Of a DNA stretch of 64,000 bases, positions 22,879-37,364 are shown piece after piece. Under the pieces are notes generated by a model, which worked only from the letters and a program-made list of their open reading frames with translations, ran no database searches and was not told the DNA's origin. The position numbers were made by a program, and so were the translations under genes. The DNA is from Nymphaea colorata (Eukaryota), in NCBI RefSeq assembly GCF_008831285.2, contig NC_045138.2, positions 19,964,001 through 20,028,000 on the forward strand. Reading direction: 5' to 3'. Positions within the stretch are counted from its first letter, which is position 1, and the number at the start of each line of letters is the position of its first letter.

Positions 22879-25800
22879 TGAAAAAATGATATTTAAGAGG
22901 ATGAAAGTGGATACGTTATGGGCTAGACCTTAGATATTTTGATTTGGAATATGATGTTTAGGTACTCATCAAAAGTTTTTGATAATATCGTTTGAATATT
23001 TAGTTACAAATATAACAATTGTTTGAAATTTTATGGCAAATTTAAAGATGATATTTAATTACAAATATAACAATTGTTTAAAATTTTATGGCAAATTTAA
23101 AGATGACATTGGGGATATATATTATAAGGATGCCAATTAAAATTTGTTAGAAAAAAAAATCAATCTTTCAATATGGTTAATCTGAAACAACTTTTAAAAA
23201 GTAAGGACTCTTATCTGATATAATTTTTATGACACCTTTCCTAAATCACTTGTTCTAAATTATGAGCACATAGTAAACTAGAAAAAGCAAATTCCTCACG
23301 AAATGACGAGTTTGAAAAATAGGCAATCGGATAGACACTAGCTTTTATATGTTAATAGGTATATGAACCTGTCAAAACATAGTCCCTTCTTCCATGGACT
23401 ATGCCAGCCAGCCAAAGGACACATATCAACCACTAAACCTCTGACATTCCTTGATAAATCGCCCACTAAAAAGTTTGATAGCTAGTATAATATTTTATAT
23501 TTTAAAAGGGTACCAGTATGTAAATGAAAAAATTCATCAAAAATATCCATATAAAATAAGAAGTTTTTTTTTTGTCCATGTGGGCAATTGCCTACGTGTA
23601 ACCCACACCTACTTCCGCCCACCCCAGAATGACATCTTGATATCTTATCTTTAAACGCGCCACAATAATCCATAATCTGCAATGCAACTTACATCAGAAC
23701 AATTGGGGCCAAAATAATATTGTTAACAAAATGGAAAACCTGCATCTCAGCCCCCACTATATACCAAGGTTTACCAATCCTAGCATGTTACATGAAAAGA
23801 AATCTTTGGAAATTCTCTGCAAACATCATGAATCTTCTAATAGTCCTCATCACTAACTCCATTGACTTCAAGAAGTGTTAGTCTCTTTTTTTTTGTATAT
23901 AAATTGCTGAAAGAAGCTTGTATTCCTACCACCTTCCAAATGCCACCCTGGCCAGCCTAGGTTTCTACATCCAAAAAATGGCATCCTCTTTTAAACAAAC
24001 ATCCAACTCTTTCCTTAGAATGCCTTCATTTTATGTGTCACAACATAAATTGATACTTGTACAAGCTTGACCTTTATAATTTGGGCTTTAGGGAAAAAAT
24101 TGAAAGGAAAGACTCGCTAAAGAGTTATGACTCGCTAGGCTAAGAACTGCCTGACTTTCTCAAGCTTTTTCATCAAATGAGCCTTGTATAGGGCAACCAT
24201 ACTCTTGTTTAACAACTTTTCTATATATATATATATATATATTGAATGGTGATTCTAGCTTATCAGAATCACCCAGCTATCTAATTATGGCTATTTAATC
24301 CAATATGATGGACGATTAAGAGCAAAACAATAAGAAAAATGTGATAGACATTTTCATAATCTCAAATTAGTTCATATATATTTTTCTTGTTTTTCTCTCA
24401 ACCATCCATCTGTATCATATGGATGACCTTTGGATCAAATGTCTCCTTAATGAATCCGAGGAAAGCCTTATCTCCCTACAAATTTGCATCAGATTTTCTT
24501 CTTAATTCTGCAACCAAGAAAACATTGTCACCCCTACTGCCATAGAAGAATAAGTTCCAATCTTAAGTTGTTTTCAAAATATTTTTTAATTTAATATACC
24601 ACCTTCCATAAAACGCACACATATCCTTAACGTTCTGCTTCTGCTTGTGGTTCAAACTTAAATTCCTGGCTAACTTTAGGCACTTTACAACCCTAGCAAT
24701 TAGGGGTGGTAGATTTAATGAGCTGAACTCGAGTTGTTCTATGTTATAAGTCTCGTGATTAAACTCATGAAGTTGATAGGGCCAATTTGCACTTATTTTC
24801 ACAGTGGGGATAGTAGCGGAGCCAGGAATTTTTACTTGAGTTGGCAACATAAGTTTGGTGTGGCCATAGCATGTAATTTTTGAGTCATGACAATGTGAAC
24901 TTGGGACGCTATTATAACTTTTGTTGGGCTGATGTGGCCCTGCCACTAAGTGGAGATAAGGATGCCTTAGGCATATTCCAAGTTCAAATTTTGTTGGTCT
25001 TGTCCTTTTATACATTTCTGAGACACAATACACAAGTTTCTTTTCTTCTTTTTTTTCAAATAAGCTTAGCACGAACTCAAACTAGGTCCAGCACGAGCTT
25101 TGAGGATCTTGGTCAAGCCAACCCACGATCAATCTCCAAAAGATTATCTGAAATCCCAAAGTTAGCCCTTAAATTTTCTTAAAACCCCATTTACTGTTCC
25201 TGAAAATTTGTTAAACTATTTTCTACTTTCCCTAATATCTGTCTATGCCGTGTGACAATAAAGTGAGAAAAAGCTACCTGTTGGGCGCACTGTGCGCAGT
25301 AAAAGAGAAAATGATATTTTAGTAATTTATAAGAAACAATGTCCTCCATAGTTTTTTTACTTTTTTCCATTTATAATTTTTTCTTTACAAAAAAGTTTTC
25401 TTTTTCAATGTGAGCTAAGGGTATTTTAATCATTAAACATATTGGTGCACGAAAATTCATATACCAAGATGGCCCATATAACCAGGCCATCGATAGAGTG
25501 CCAGAAAGACTTGCACTTGCTTTCTGACAAAAATGCTTGCTATCTTAATTTCGGCATATGTTTCATTGAATAATACAATATGTGAAAAGGAGCATGGATT
25601 TGGATAATTGCTACATAGCAGGTCGTACAGGCAACACATTGTCATGTGTATAGCATAGCAGGTCGAACAGGCAGCACATTAAAGACATGTCATTGGTTAG
25701 CTTTATGTTGGTGCTAGTGCTGTAAGACTGCAAACTGTGGGATGGCGGCACTCCTTAAAGGTGCATCATAAACTACCAAGGTCTTTAACACGGCCAAGTC

Positions 25801-25899
25801 CCCCAAGGCAAGAGAAGTGAAAGGGCTTCATACGTTCCTAACTTCCTTTTCACCTGAAAATTTGATTAACAACAGGACTCATAAGTTTTTTTAATTAAA

Positions 25900-28800
25900 C
25901 AAAACTAAAATTTGACCCATATTTGGGTAGTCGGCTCTACTTTGTATTTAAAAATAATTAATTTTATTTTTTATTTTTTGAAAAGCAAAATGTATGCATG
26001 AGGAGCAATTCAGTGCAGATCATCCAAAATGGACCTCCACGTTGCTAACATGGTGTGAATGTTTCTGATCCACTTGCCCATTTTGTCCCAAGCAGTCCAA
26101 GAAAATTAAATGAGGAGGTTGTCAGTTTGCATCAATATTTAACAAGGGCGGGTCACCGAATTTTCAATGACTTTTTACGCAGCTATTTTACTTTTTCAAG
26201 AATTGAAGAATAAAACATTCCATGTGCTTTAGACACAAAGGCGCAGTGAAATACTAAATAGAACAGTTGGAGACCTTGCATCTCATAATGGCCTCTGCTG
26301 CAGGTTGCAGTTATAACTTATATATATATATATATATACTGTATGTTGCTATATTTTAAGTTCTTGACGGAATTTCAAGAATTGAAGAGTAAAACATTCC
26401 ATGTGCTTTAGACATAAAGGCACAGTCGAAATACTAAATAGAACAGTTGGAGACCATTGCATCTCATAATGGCCTCTGCAGGTCGCAGTTATATCTTACA
26501 TTTCTTTGCACATGCATTCACTCTTAGAAAAGGAATTTGACCATTAAACCGCAACCAAATTGGCAATATGTCAACCAAAAGGAACTCGTTTACTTCAACC
26601 CTTAATTTTCAAAAAAATGATTTTGAGCACAATTTAAGTTTTCTTAATAATAATATCTAATTTAGATGCAATTTAACATATCAAAATTAAATATTAGTGG
26701 ATGCTTATTGCAACAATCAATGAGGAGCTTAAAAGAACATTATGTTCTCGGGGAAAAAACGTTTCAAGAACATTATGCTTTTATTAAAGAACGATGGGTA
26801 TGTTTTTATATCCAACAAACAAAAGACAAACTTGCATTATATTTAGTCATGTATTTTAGAAACTTTTTTTCCAAAAACACAATATTTTTATTATCAAACA
26901 CCTTTTAAGGATAGGATAAAAGGTGTTTTTGTTTTCGGGAAGGTTCCAAAAACAACACCATGAAAAACAGCTGGAAAGAAGTTCTTTTCTAATTAGCTCT
27001 GCAATGAATATGCAGGGACGGAGCCAAGGAAAGGCCCACTTGGGCGTTGGCAATACCTCAAAAAAAATCTTTTAAAAAAAATTACATGTAAAATTTAAAA
27101 AATCTCACTTCTGTTCTATATAAAAATTTTGAAAAATGATACGGTCGTAGTCAAAATTTAGCAACTTTAATTCGGCCTCCCTCATGAAAAATTTCTGGCT
27201 CCACTCGTAGATATGAGTCTTCGTAAACACAAGCTTTATAGGTTATAATTGGCCTTAGTGGCATAACATAGCTGGTTGGCCAAAATAGTGTGAAAATGAT
27301 TTTCAGTTTGTGCTACACTCATATACGACAAATGATAGTATGCACAACACTTAAATTGAAGATGTACCACAGGACCACCCAGATCCCCACATAGTTCTTG
27401 ACCCAGAGTCTCTGAAGGAAGAAGGTGGGGCTTCGGCAAAAATAACTGTGACATTCTCTCCCCGTCACCAAAAATATCATAATTAAATTTTATATAGTCC
27501 AAGACAAGAGTTGCAGTCAATGCTTCATTCTTTTGAGGAAAAGGGTTCCCTAACTTTTACAAAAGAGAGATCACAGACTTGATTGCTTTGCATGGGAAAT
27601 ATGATGTAGGCGGTGAAGTATTGTATGCATGAATTTGATGACTGGTGTGTAAGCCACTAGCGGATAGCCATTGATTTACTCTCCTAGTATTGTAAACGGT
27701 CGGATGGTAACGTCCCTTAAAGGGTGTACTGTATCTCATTCATTCAAGTCCCTGAATTTGGAGACAAAGGGAATTGGAGGGATTTAGGCTTCTTTCTTTC
27801 TGGTGGATTGTTAACCTTTTCCTCAGGAGAAGTTGGTTAACGATTAAATTCACACGCTTTTTATTAAACAAATTTGAATTAATTGAATCCATATTTGGGT
27901 AGTCGGCTCTAGTTTCTAACTTTTCATTTCAACAAATACTTAATTTTATTTTTTTATTTTTTGAAAAGCAAAAAATATGCATAAGGAGCTATTCAATGCA
28001 GATCATCCAAAATCGGCCTCCAGATTAGCGAGGTGGATTACTGAATTTTCAATAATATTTTAAGCAGCTAGCTATTTTATTTTTTCAGTGGGCTATTTTG
28101 AGCTCGGATGAATCAATCATGTAATGCATCGGCAAAATATATAATGTATATATAACATTTTTTTAAATTCTGGATAAAATTTCAGTAATTAAAGAATAAA
28201 AAATTCCATGTACTTTAAACACAAAGGCGCGCGCAGTAGAAATACCAAATGGAACAGTTGGAGACCATTGCGTCTCATAATGGCATTTGCTGGTTGCAGT
28301 TACAACTTACATCTCTTGCCACATGCATTCATTATGAGAACACATCATACAAATTTTATGGAAAAATAGAAGAGGAGTTTGGCCATTAAAGCGCAACCAA
28401 CTGCCCCCTTAATAAGGGATAGCAATATCTTCTTGAAATTTATGATCCTGTCCCGGTCATTCTGGTTTATTTCTTTTTCATGGCAAGCGAAGGTTGGTAC
28501 ATTTATTTCACAATTTGAAGTGCGTCTTTTTCAATCTCAATTTTCAAAAATTAATTTTGAGCACAATTTAAGTTTTCTTAATAATAATAATAATAATATC
28601 CAATTTAGATGTTATTTAACTTGCCCACATTAAACATTGCTTATCACAAGAATCAATGAGGAGCTCGATAAGAACATTGTGTTATTGGGGAGCAAATGTT
28701 TCAAAAACATAATTGTTTTTATTTAAACGATCATGAAATGATTATGGATTTTTTTTTTATAAATCTAACAAAAAAATAACAAACTTCAGACATTATATTT

Positions 28801-29370
28801 TATAGTCATGTATCTTAGAAACATGTGTGCCAAAAACACAATATTTTTATTATCAAACACCCACTGGATATAGGATAAAAGGTGTTTTTGTTTTTTGTTG
28901 GGGCCCTAACTTTGAGAACTTTCGGAAAACAACACCACCATGAAAAACTATGCAAAGAGGCTCCTTGTTATTTAGATCTTGGTGTGAATGCACTGTATGT
29001 GAGTCTTGCTATGATTGACATGAGCTTTAAAACATAGTTACATGGAAGGGCATAGCATAGTCCGTTGGTCTAACTTACCGACGATTCATTTCTAATTCGA
29101 TTGTTGTTATTTTTCTGAACTGCAGACAGTGCATGACATACTTGAGTTGAAAAATAAATGTGCGGAAGACTTCAGCATCTATGAGATTCCATATGCTTCT
29201 TCCACTCACAGTTACATTTCATTCTTTCAAGTAAGGGAGTTGTCATCTACGGCCCTAACTTTTACAAAAGAGAGATCACGGACTTCGGTTGCTTTTGCAT
29301 GGAAAATATGATGTAAGCGGTGAGGTATTTTATGGTTGTCTGTGTGAATTTGATTGACTGGTATAGGCCG
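25900..29370. repeat. Local tandem duplication (~1.7-2 kb period) upstream of GH3 paralog 1
   Basis: CCATATTTGGGTAGTCGGCTCTA at ~25917 and ~27889; GAACAGTTGGAGACC at 26261, 26441 and ~28252; CCTAACTTTTACAAAAGAGAGATCAC at ~27549 and ~29254. Confidence 0.85.
27012..27208. mobile_element. MITE of the GGAGCCA...TGGCTCC family
   Basis: CAGGGACGGAGCCA ... TGGCTCCACTCG. The body resembles 62617-62809 in reverse orientation. Confidence 0.7.
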
Positions 29371-31100
29371 CTAGCTAGCATGCTACAACACCGCTTTCAC
29401 ATCACCCTCTGCTCGCAGCTTTATTGCATTGACTCGACGTCACGGCCGGAGATGGAACAGGTCACCCATTCCCCAAAGTTTAAACTACTGATCTGCAACA
29501 ATGGCTGGTCGAGAACAGGCTGGTTATAGAAAGTGAGGGAAGGTCACTGATTTCCGGGCTTCTTTTTCATCTCAATAATTGGTTTCCTGAACTTTTAGTT
29601 AGGGTTCTCAATCGGTTAAAGTGATCAAAAACTTACATTTTAGAGAAATACATATAAAGTAGAGATGTAAAACAACCTCAGGTCCTCAAATGTTTCAAAA
29701 ATAAGTAAATTGGCCGCAGATGTAAGTGGGATTTAAGGCTGATTCTGACAAACATTAACACAAAGTAGTCTTAATTCCTTTTTTGACCTTCAATATAGGC
29801 ATTTAAGAACCTTTGCAGATACTTTAGGTGGTTTGTCAGAGACGAAAGCCTATGCACCCTTTCATTGCCCCAAACATGAGTAATTTTACGATATACATAA
29901 TATCATCAACATTTGTAAGAAATAAACTAAAGACACATTGTCTGTGCATCACTCCGGCCAACCAGCTAAACTACGTCCATCAAAAGCCTCTAAATATACT
30001 TGCTTGCCATCAAAAGCCTTTTAACTATACTTGGTCGGAAGGCTTTTACCCACAACTCTTCTTCCTCAGAGAAAAACTGCTATTAGCCCTTTGGAGGGTC
30101 CAACTTTGAAGTTCATTTCAAGCGGTCAAGCACTTCCTTATTCTAAGGCGGTGTAGAAAGGTTTATCTAAATCTACACATGGAGTTGCATCCGGTACTCT
30201 TTCTTTTTTTCGATCAACTCTTCAAGAACAAAGGGAAACCAGGCCCCATCCTCTATGTCGACAACAATGAAAAGTAAGGCAACTTGATCGACGATGTCCA
30301 TTTTAATAAACAAATTTCGCAGCTTTCATTTAAGTCGATTACTCAAAAGACTGCTCAGATTCCCGTATTAACCTTCTTGAGATGCGGTCTTCTTCTCTAT
30401 GCTCTTTGGTACTCCAAATTCTATAAGATTACGTTTACTCTGCGTGTATTTACATAAGACCCATATCTTGCTTCCTTAATTTTTTGACGAGCCAATTATG
30501 GAAGCGCCCGGTTATGTTCCCCCTTCAATCCTACAAAGCACCATAAAGGCAAGTTTTTGCCTTTTCCTAAAAAAATATTTCATATCAGAACCACCATCAT
30601 CTTCTTGGCGAGCCTCCACCTTCAGGTGGTCAGCCTCTCTGGTCACATCCTGTGGTATTTTTTTTTTTTTTACAAAAAAGGGAAGATATCCTCTTTAACA
30701 TCACAGAAGGATTCTCGATTATTCTTTAAGTAATTAGTACATTAACAATTACAAGTGCTTGGCCAATACCCAGTGGGCGAGGAGAATACACGATGCTTAA
30801 TCAGCCGACGAATTCAGAGCATTAATTCTTTGAGTTCTTCTTCCTGGACCAGCAGTAAATAATGAAGGGAGAGGACAGGTGGTTGTTGGGGAGTGGTCAA
30901 ATTCGACCAACAAAATAATCACAAGCTAATCCTCATGGCGGGGAATTAGTCTACCATTTCAAGCTCCGGGTTTAATTGTACAGGGAGAGACGGGGGGAGA
31001 TGCTGAGAGCGCCTCGTCACACACAGCTCCGAGTGCTAGTTGAACTCCGCACTGTGGGGGTCTTGCTAAAGCAGATTGCTATCTTCTCTGTCGAGTGAAG

Positions 31101-31916
31101 GTGAACTATCTGCATTTTTCAAGTGCATACTTTGCTTTTTCTGTAAATTACATTGTTTGAGATGGAAGTTGCCCTACCAAGTAGGAACCTGATCACGTGC
31201 TGATCAGAAAGTTCTTGGTTTTGTTTCAGCTTCAAAATGGTACCATAAAAAATATGCTGAGCTTTGAACAACTTTCCGAACAAACTTCTCTTCGGCATTC
31301 GCATTTTTCTGCCAACTATGAACATTTCTTTATTTGAGGGGAAGGGGCGTGGGAGGAGGGATGGCGGTGGTCAGTATCAGTTATCCACATAAAAGAGTCT
31401 GTCAATTTTGGTGATAGGCTGGCTGGAAAAGTTTTTTCCTTCATATGGTAGAGCATTTCATGCTCTGCTTTACTTGTGTCAGTTCAGTTTTGGGAGATTA
31501 GTGTTGCCATGAGATTGATATTTGTCTATTTTCTTGTATATTCTGGCTTCTCGTTACATCACTAACCCACTTATCTCTCTCTTTCTTTAACAAGAACATT
31601 AATGGGTTTTTTTCTTGGAAACTCAATGGTTACATTTTGTGGTTGTCTATGCCCCACTTAGTGATGTGCTCACCCTCGAGTTCGTTTAGTTTTTTTTGCC
31701 ATAGTTTGTGCTTCGTGCGCCAGTACTCTGTCCTTGGTTGTTGCTTTTCTCATCAAATTTTCTACCTCTCACATTGTACTTACATTCTTCTTTTGTTACT
31801 TCAGCTAACTAATCTTTCGAGTTTCCTTGAATGCACCTTCTGTTTGACAAAACTGGGATGCTCATGTTCTGATTGAACTTAATTTTTAACGCTGATACCT
31901 TTTCTACTAAGCTCAG
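31101..31916 (+). promoter_or_regulatory. Probable 5'UTR intron of GH3 paralog 1
   Basis: Donor AAG|GTGAAC at 31101, T-rich body, acceptor GCTCAG at 31916 shortly before ATG 31940. This parallels the layout of paralog 2. Confidence 0.45.
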
Positions 31917-31939
31917 GATTGTAACTGCTGGATCAGAAG

Positions 31940-34900
31940 ATGGCAATCTTCCGGTTGTTTGTGACGAGCATTTTACTGTTACTTGGATGTATGTCAATTG
32001 GAGAAGCAAGTTATGCCAGCTACAAGGATCCAAGAAAGCCACTGAACGTTAGGATCAGAGATTTGATGAGCAGGATGACTCTAGCAGAAAAGATTGGGCA
32101 GATGGCACAAATTGATCGTGTACTTTCAACCCCTGATGTAGTCAAGAGTTACTTCATAGGTAAAAACTAGCGTTTTCGCCAAAAGCTGCTCCGTTTCTCC
32201 ATTCCTATTAACGTGTAATGTTGAGATGTCAAATTGACAATGTGCTAAGGAATTGAACAGGCAGTTTGGTGAGTGCCCCTGGAGCTTCCCCTCGCCCTCA
32301 AGCTACTGCACAGGATTGGATTGACATGGTAAATGAGTTTCAGAAAGGAGCTATGTCTACTCGTCTCCAAATCCCGATGATCCTCGGTATAGATGCTGTT
32401 CATGGACATAGCAACGTCTATGGAGCTACCATCTTCCCTCACAATGTTGGCCTTGGAGCTACCCGGCAAGTATAAACTTGATCTTGTTGAGTTCCAGGGA
32501 ACTCGATGATTTTCAGTCTTTTGGGAAGATGAGTTGAAGATTGCAGGTCATATTAGGCTTTCTTGATGGTGCAGGAGATTATTATATCTGTTAGAGCATT
32601 CCGTGTATATGTTATCAGTTCTTGTTTCCTCTGATCGGTTCCCTTTTATCAACCGAGTGGAGAATACATACTGGGGTCTGAGGTCACATCATATCAAGTT
32701 AATTTTCTCATTGGTGTATTTGTTGATGCTCTGGATGCAGGGATCCTGACCTTGTAAAAAGGATTGGTCAGGCAACAGCCTTGGAAGTTCGAGCCACTGG
32801 CATCCCTTATACTTTTGCTCCTTGTGTTGCTGTAAGAATAAACTTGATCAGATACATGCAGCACATTTTACCTTCAATAGTATTACCAATTCTGATGATT
32901 CCGATGTATTTTTTTCATAGGTTTGCAGGGACCCAAGATGGGGCCGCTGCTATGAGAGCTTCAGCGAGGATCCTCAGCTTGTTGAAGCTATGACTGATAT
33001 AATTCCTGGTCTACAAGGAGACTTGCCGCCAAACACAAGAAAGGGTGTCCCTTTTGTAGATGGAAAGTGAGTAACCATAATGCAACTCGACATTGATTTT
33101 ATCTCTTTGTTGAATACTTTTTTTGTGTGTGTTTTTATGCAGTCGCCATATAGCAGCCTGTGCAAAGCACTATGTTGGCGATGGTGGAACACATGATGGA
33201 ATCAATGAGGGTAATACCATCATTGACCTTCCTGGATTGCTTAAGATCCACATGGCTCCTTATTATGCTGCTGTCTACAAAGGTGTTTCATCCATCATGG
33301 TCTCTTATTCGAGCTTCAACGGGAAGAAAATGCATGCAAATCATGGTTTGGTTACTGATTACCTCAAGAACACACTCAAATTTAGGGTACATTGGTCATT
33401 TCTCTGCTACAATCTACATACTTTCTGCATGTATCTTTCAAGTTTTCATCTGGGCATAGACTGGCCAAATATTTAGGAACTTGAGCTGATTTACATTTGT
33501 CCAGCTTATAGAAGTAGTCCCTAATTCGGTGTCATTTGATTATGTTGCAGGGTTTGGTTATTTCCGATTGGCAGGGTATTGACAAGATCAACTCTTCCCT
33601 GGATGCAAACTACACATATTCTGTTTATGAAGGAATTAGTGCTGGCATTGATATGGTTTGTTGTACTTTTCCTTTATCAACAACTAGTATTACCAAACAG
33701 TTTCTTTCCTGTTCTTTCTGATATAATGCATCATTGAAACCAGATGGTTAAGCAATATCAGCATTAGATTTGTTTTTCTATGTCCTTTATCTGACTTTGT
33801 TGCTAGTGTATACTTGGCATAAGTTGGTTCAGGGGAAGCATCTTCTTGGAGACTCCTTGCACATAACATTTAAAATGAAATCTTACACAGAATTTTTTTT
33901 TTCTGCCAATTGTTTGTTGTGAAACTTGCATTCAAAGCAGCATATTTCTGACAGTAGCGTATATTTATCACTCTTGTTGCCATATCTGGCTCGTCTTGTC
34001 CATGTGCAGGTCATGATTCCCTGGGCCTACACTACATTCATTGATGACCTTACCTATCTTGTTAAATCTAAAGCCATCCCAATGAGCAGGATTGATGATG
34101 CAGTTTACCGGATCTTGCGAGTAAAGTTCACAATGGGCCTTTTTGAAAGGCCCTACGCTGATCACAGTTTGGTTAATGAGCTCGGTAGCCAGGTACATAT
34201 CACCTAATATAACTAATGACTTGTGACAATCTCGTTCCTATATGAGCGCCAAACAATAAGCAAATTTTGAATTTTCCATGCTGTCACCAGTCTTTGAAAT
34301 ATTCTGACCTCCCATGGTTTTGGTACTTAGAAAATAAATTAATAATTACTTCCTTAATTGACAGGCTCACAGAGAATTGGCAAGAGAAGCAGTGAGAAAA
34401 TCACTTGTCTTGCTTAAGAATGGAAAGGAAGGTAGCAAACCTTTATTGCCACTTGACAGGAAGGCTCCAAAAATCCTTGTGGCCGGGACCCATGCCAATA
34501 ACTTGGGATATCAGTGTGGTGGTTGGACAATTCTATGGCAAGGTGTAACTGTGAATAATGCCACCAGAGGTATGTACATATCCCTACTGATTATGCATTT
34601 ACATGTCTTCAGCGTTCTTAATTGCTCCATTCGCTTGGATCCTTTTAGTTTGATGTTTTTCTGTATGTCACAATGTTTGGTTTTTCCTTCATATCAGAAT
34701 CTTGTTCACAGATTAACTTTAACCTATCGCGGTATGTTCATAACAGTATAACACTATGTTTTTCACAGCAATTTAAATATACTATATGATCTTTACATTG
34801 ATATTTCTAACTTTAATTTCCCAGTCTCAATGTTTTGATACTTTCTGAAGAGGTCCCAAACTTTTTTCACTTGCGCAGGAACAACTATTCTCAGTGCAGT

Positions 34901-35366
34901 GAAATCCACAGTGAGCCCCAACACCAAGGTTGTCTATGAAGAGAATCCTGATGCTGACTTTGTCAAGAGGAATCTATTCTCATATGCTATTGTCGTTGTT
35001 GGAGAGATTCCTTATGCCGAATCAATGGGTGACAGCAAGAACCTGACCATTATTGACCCCGGTCCTTCTGTGATCCAAAACGTTTGCAGATCCATCAAAT
35101 GTGTAGTCATCATCATCTCAGGCAGGCCTGTAGCCATTGAGCCATATGTATCACAAATTGACGCACTGGTTGCCGCATGGTTACCAGGTACAGAAGGCCA
35201 AGGAGTTGCAGATGTGCTCTTTGGTGACCATGGTTTCACAGGAAAGCTGCCACGGACATGGTTTAAGCATGTCGATCAGCTGCCAATGAATGTCGGCGAC
35301 AAGCACTACGACCCACTTTTCCCATTTGGCTTTGGCCTGACCACATTCCCTGCAAAGGCTAGTTAG
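31940..35366 (+). CDS. Glycoside hydrolase family 3 beta-glucosidase / exo-beta-D-glucanase (secreted), paralog 1, 628 aa
   Basis: Nine exons read by hand: 31940-32159, 32261-32465, 32741-32831, 32921-33066, 33143-33386, 33551-33655, 34010-34192, 34365-34569, 34879-35366. They total 1887 nt and stay in frame. Hydrophobic signal peptide. GH3 motifs [48 protein letters not shown] (nucleophile Asp), [12 protein letters not shown] (acid/base Glu), [17 protein letters not shown]. Confidence 0.96.
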
Positions 35367-35949
35367 AGAAAGCGCTGCTAAGTTTCAAAATAGCTATAAG
35401 GCATCATTCATGAAAAATTTTGGGATTTATCAACAATCGTGAGACAGTATCATTCAGAGCACTTCTACCTTTCATGACTTTGCTTGTGATACTTGAACTA
35501 TTAGCCTGGACTTCTTGTTCAAGTAAGATGGGTGCATGTTCCTGAATTTGTCCTCTGATACAGTTGATGCATATCAAAAGCGACCAACATCTGGATTTGT
35601 AGAATTCATTTGAATCCATTTTGCTGCTCAAGTGTCAATTGGGTCTTTGAATTATACCAGAAACTAGATCAGTATGACAAAAATTATGCTCATTTTCTTG
35701 CGGCATGAAGTTTAAGTTCAAATGGAACTGGACAATAGATAAGTGGTAAAGGACAGTCTGGAGCTCAGGATAGATATTACAGGGTAATAAGTCTAACCTT
35801 TCTTGGCAGAACTATGTTTGTCGAACCATTCAGGTAGATCATTTACAAGCAATTTACGAGTATCTCCAAAACGTTTTCTAGATTTAGATGGCTATGCTTC
35901 AGGGCGTGTTAATATAAATTATAAGGGGCCAATTCGCAAAACCCATATA

Positions 35950-37340
35950 AATAGTACAGATAATAAATGTTGATCACTTTCCGCAGAAGAACCAAGGTGT
36001 GACGTTCATCATTCCTATTTAGTCTAGGTTTCTCCGGCACGGTTGAAGTAGATAACTGTTCTTGGGACTGCTTATGAAGATCATTTACTTTTCTCAAATA
36101 TGTACATGGTTACACCTGCTTGACATAACTAAGTGGTCATCCTTCTTATGAATCACAAAAGCAGGATATTGGTCCTACCCTGATCATCACCTCATAACAT
36201 TGCCAGACATGTCTAAATTGCCATCTTCTCTTATCTGCATGAAAGAAAAGTGCAGTTCGGTAGTTTGCAAATGTGGGCATTCACAAGAGCCACGGCAAAC
36301 ATATTTCAGCAGAACTATTTATGTTCAACAAACAGAAACATCCATCGAAAGAAAAAGAACAGACGTTGGAAAAAGAAAGACAGTCCAAGAGAATATTTCC
36401 AAGAAAATTCAGTTTTCATTTAGAATTGGTGTCCAAGTTGAATGAGAAGTTAGCATTCTTTACAGAGGTCGCCACTCATAAAATGTTATCTAATCTCACC
36501 CCCTTCAAATTTTCCAGTATTTTACAATATGTGAGTTGGATTTTTTGCCAAAAATCTGCATTTTTGCAAGATTATGTTCCTGCCACTTGCATTGACAGTA
36601 CAACTTTCTCTGCCATCTGCTAAGATCTAATGATTCAATGTTGTTGGAATGCTTACTTCGTTGAACGCCGATTTCTTTTGACTGTTCTGATCTGGTCCTG
36701 CAAGTGGATGAAGCAATGCGCCAAGCCTCACTAATGCATAGATTGTCTTTGTTGAGAGCTGACAATAAGAGCATGACACCATCTTTTGACAAGATCTTGA
36801 TCTTCCTGTCCTTCTAAAGCTGCAGTTGGATCGAGATTCTTGAAGGAAATTCCATGAAAATTAGAAGTCTCCTCCTTTTTGACAAATCATGCGGGCACTT
36901 TTCCATTTCCTCCTTTCCAGTTATTCTTACATACAGAAGGATTGTGGTAATCCAGTTAGCGCCTTTCATCCAAAGTTGAGACGTATATAATTTTTGAGCG
37001 TCTTTTAGGCGTATCCCCATTGTTACTAATTGCTACCTGTTGATTGTTCAGTATATCAGATCTTTTGAATCGCATCCTCAAGCACAGAAAGCAATGAAAC
37101 TTCACAAATGTAGCAAATAAATCACATGTACAGTTGGATCAAAGATTTTGCTGCTTAAATCTGCTCCAGCAAGAGCGTTGGACCACCTGCTGTTCTCACG
37201 ATACAATGCCTCCATACTTTTTCTCCTTTTACGCAGATCGCATGCAAAGGGAGGTAGAACGAGTTCATTGAAGCATGGACAAGACATTAACCTTGTGCCC
37301 ATTTTGAATAGTTGGCGATTTCTTATCAGAAACTAGAAAA
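35950..37340 (-). mobile_element. Possible decayed LINE ORF1-like fragment
   Basis: Minus-strand frames with stops and frameshifts give peptides such as EDQDLVKRWCHALIV and STWTPIL, reminiscent of plant LINE ORF1 (DUF4283-like). Recognition is by eye only. Confidence 0.3.
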
Positions 37341-37364
37341 CGTTTGAATTAAAAGAGAAGACAT

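Noticed and set aside
23740..24230. Possible decayed LINE fragments (also ~29700-30420 and ~38000-38750, minus strand)
   Set aside because: Only faint motif resemblance with many stops; cannot be supported without a BLASTX/RepeatMasker search.
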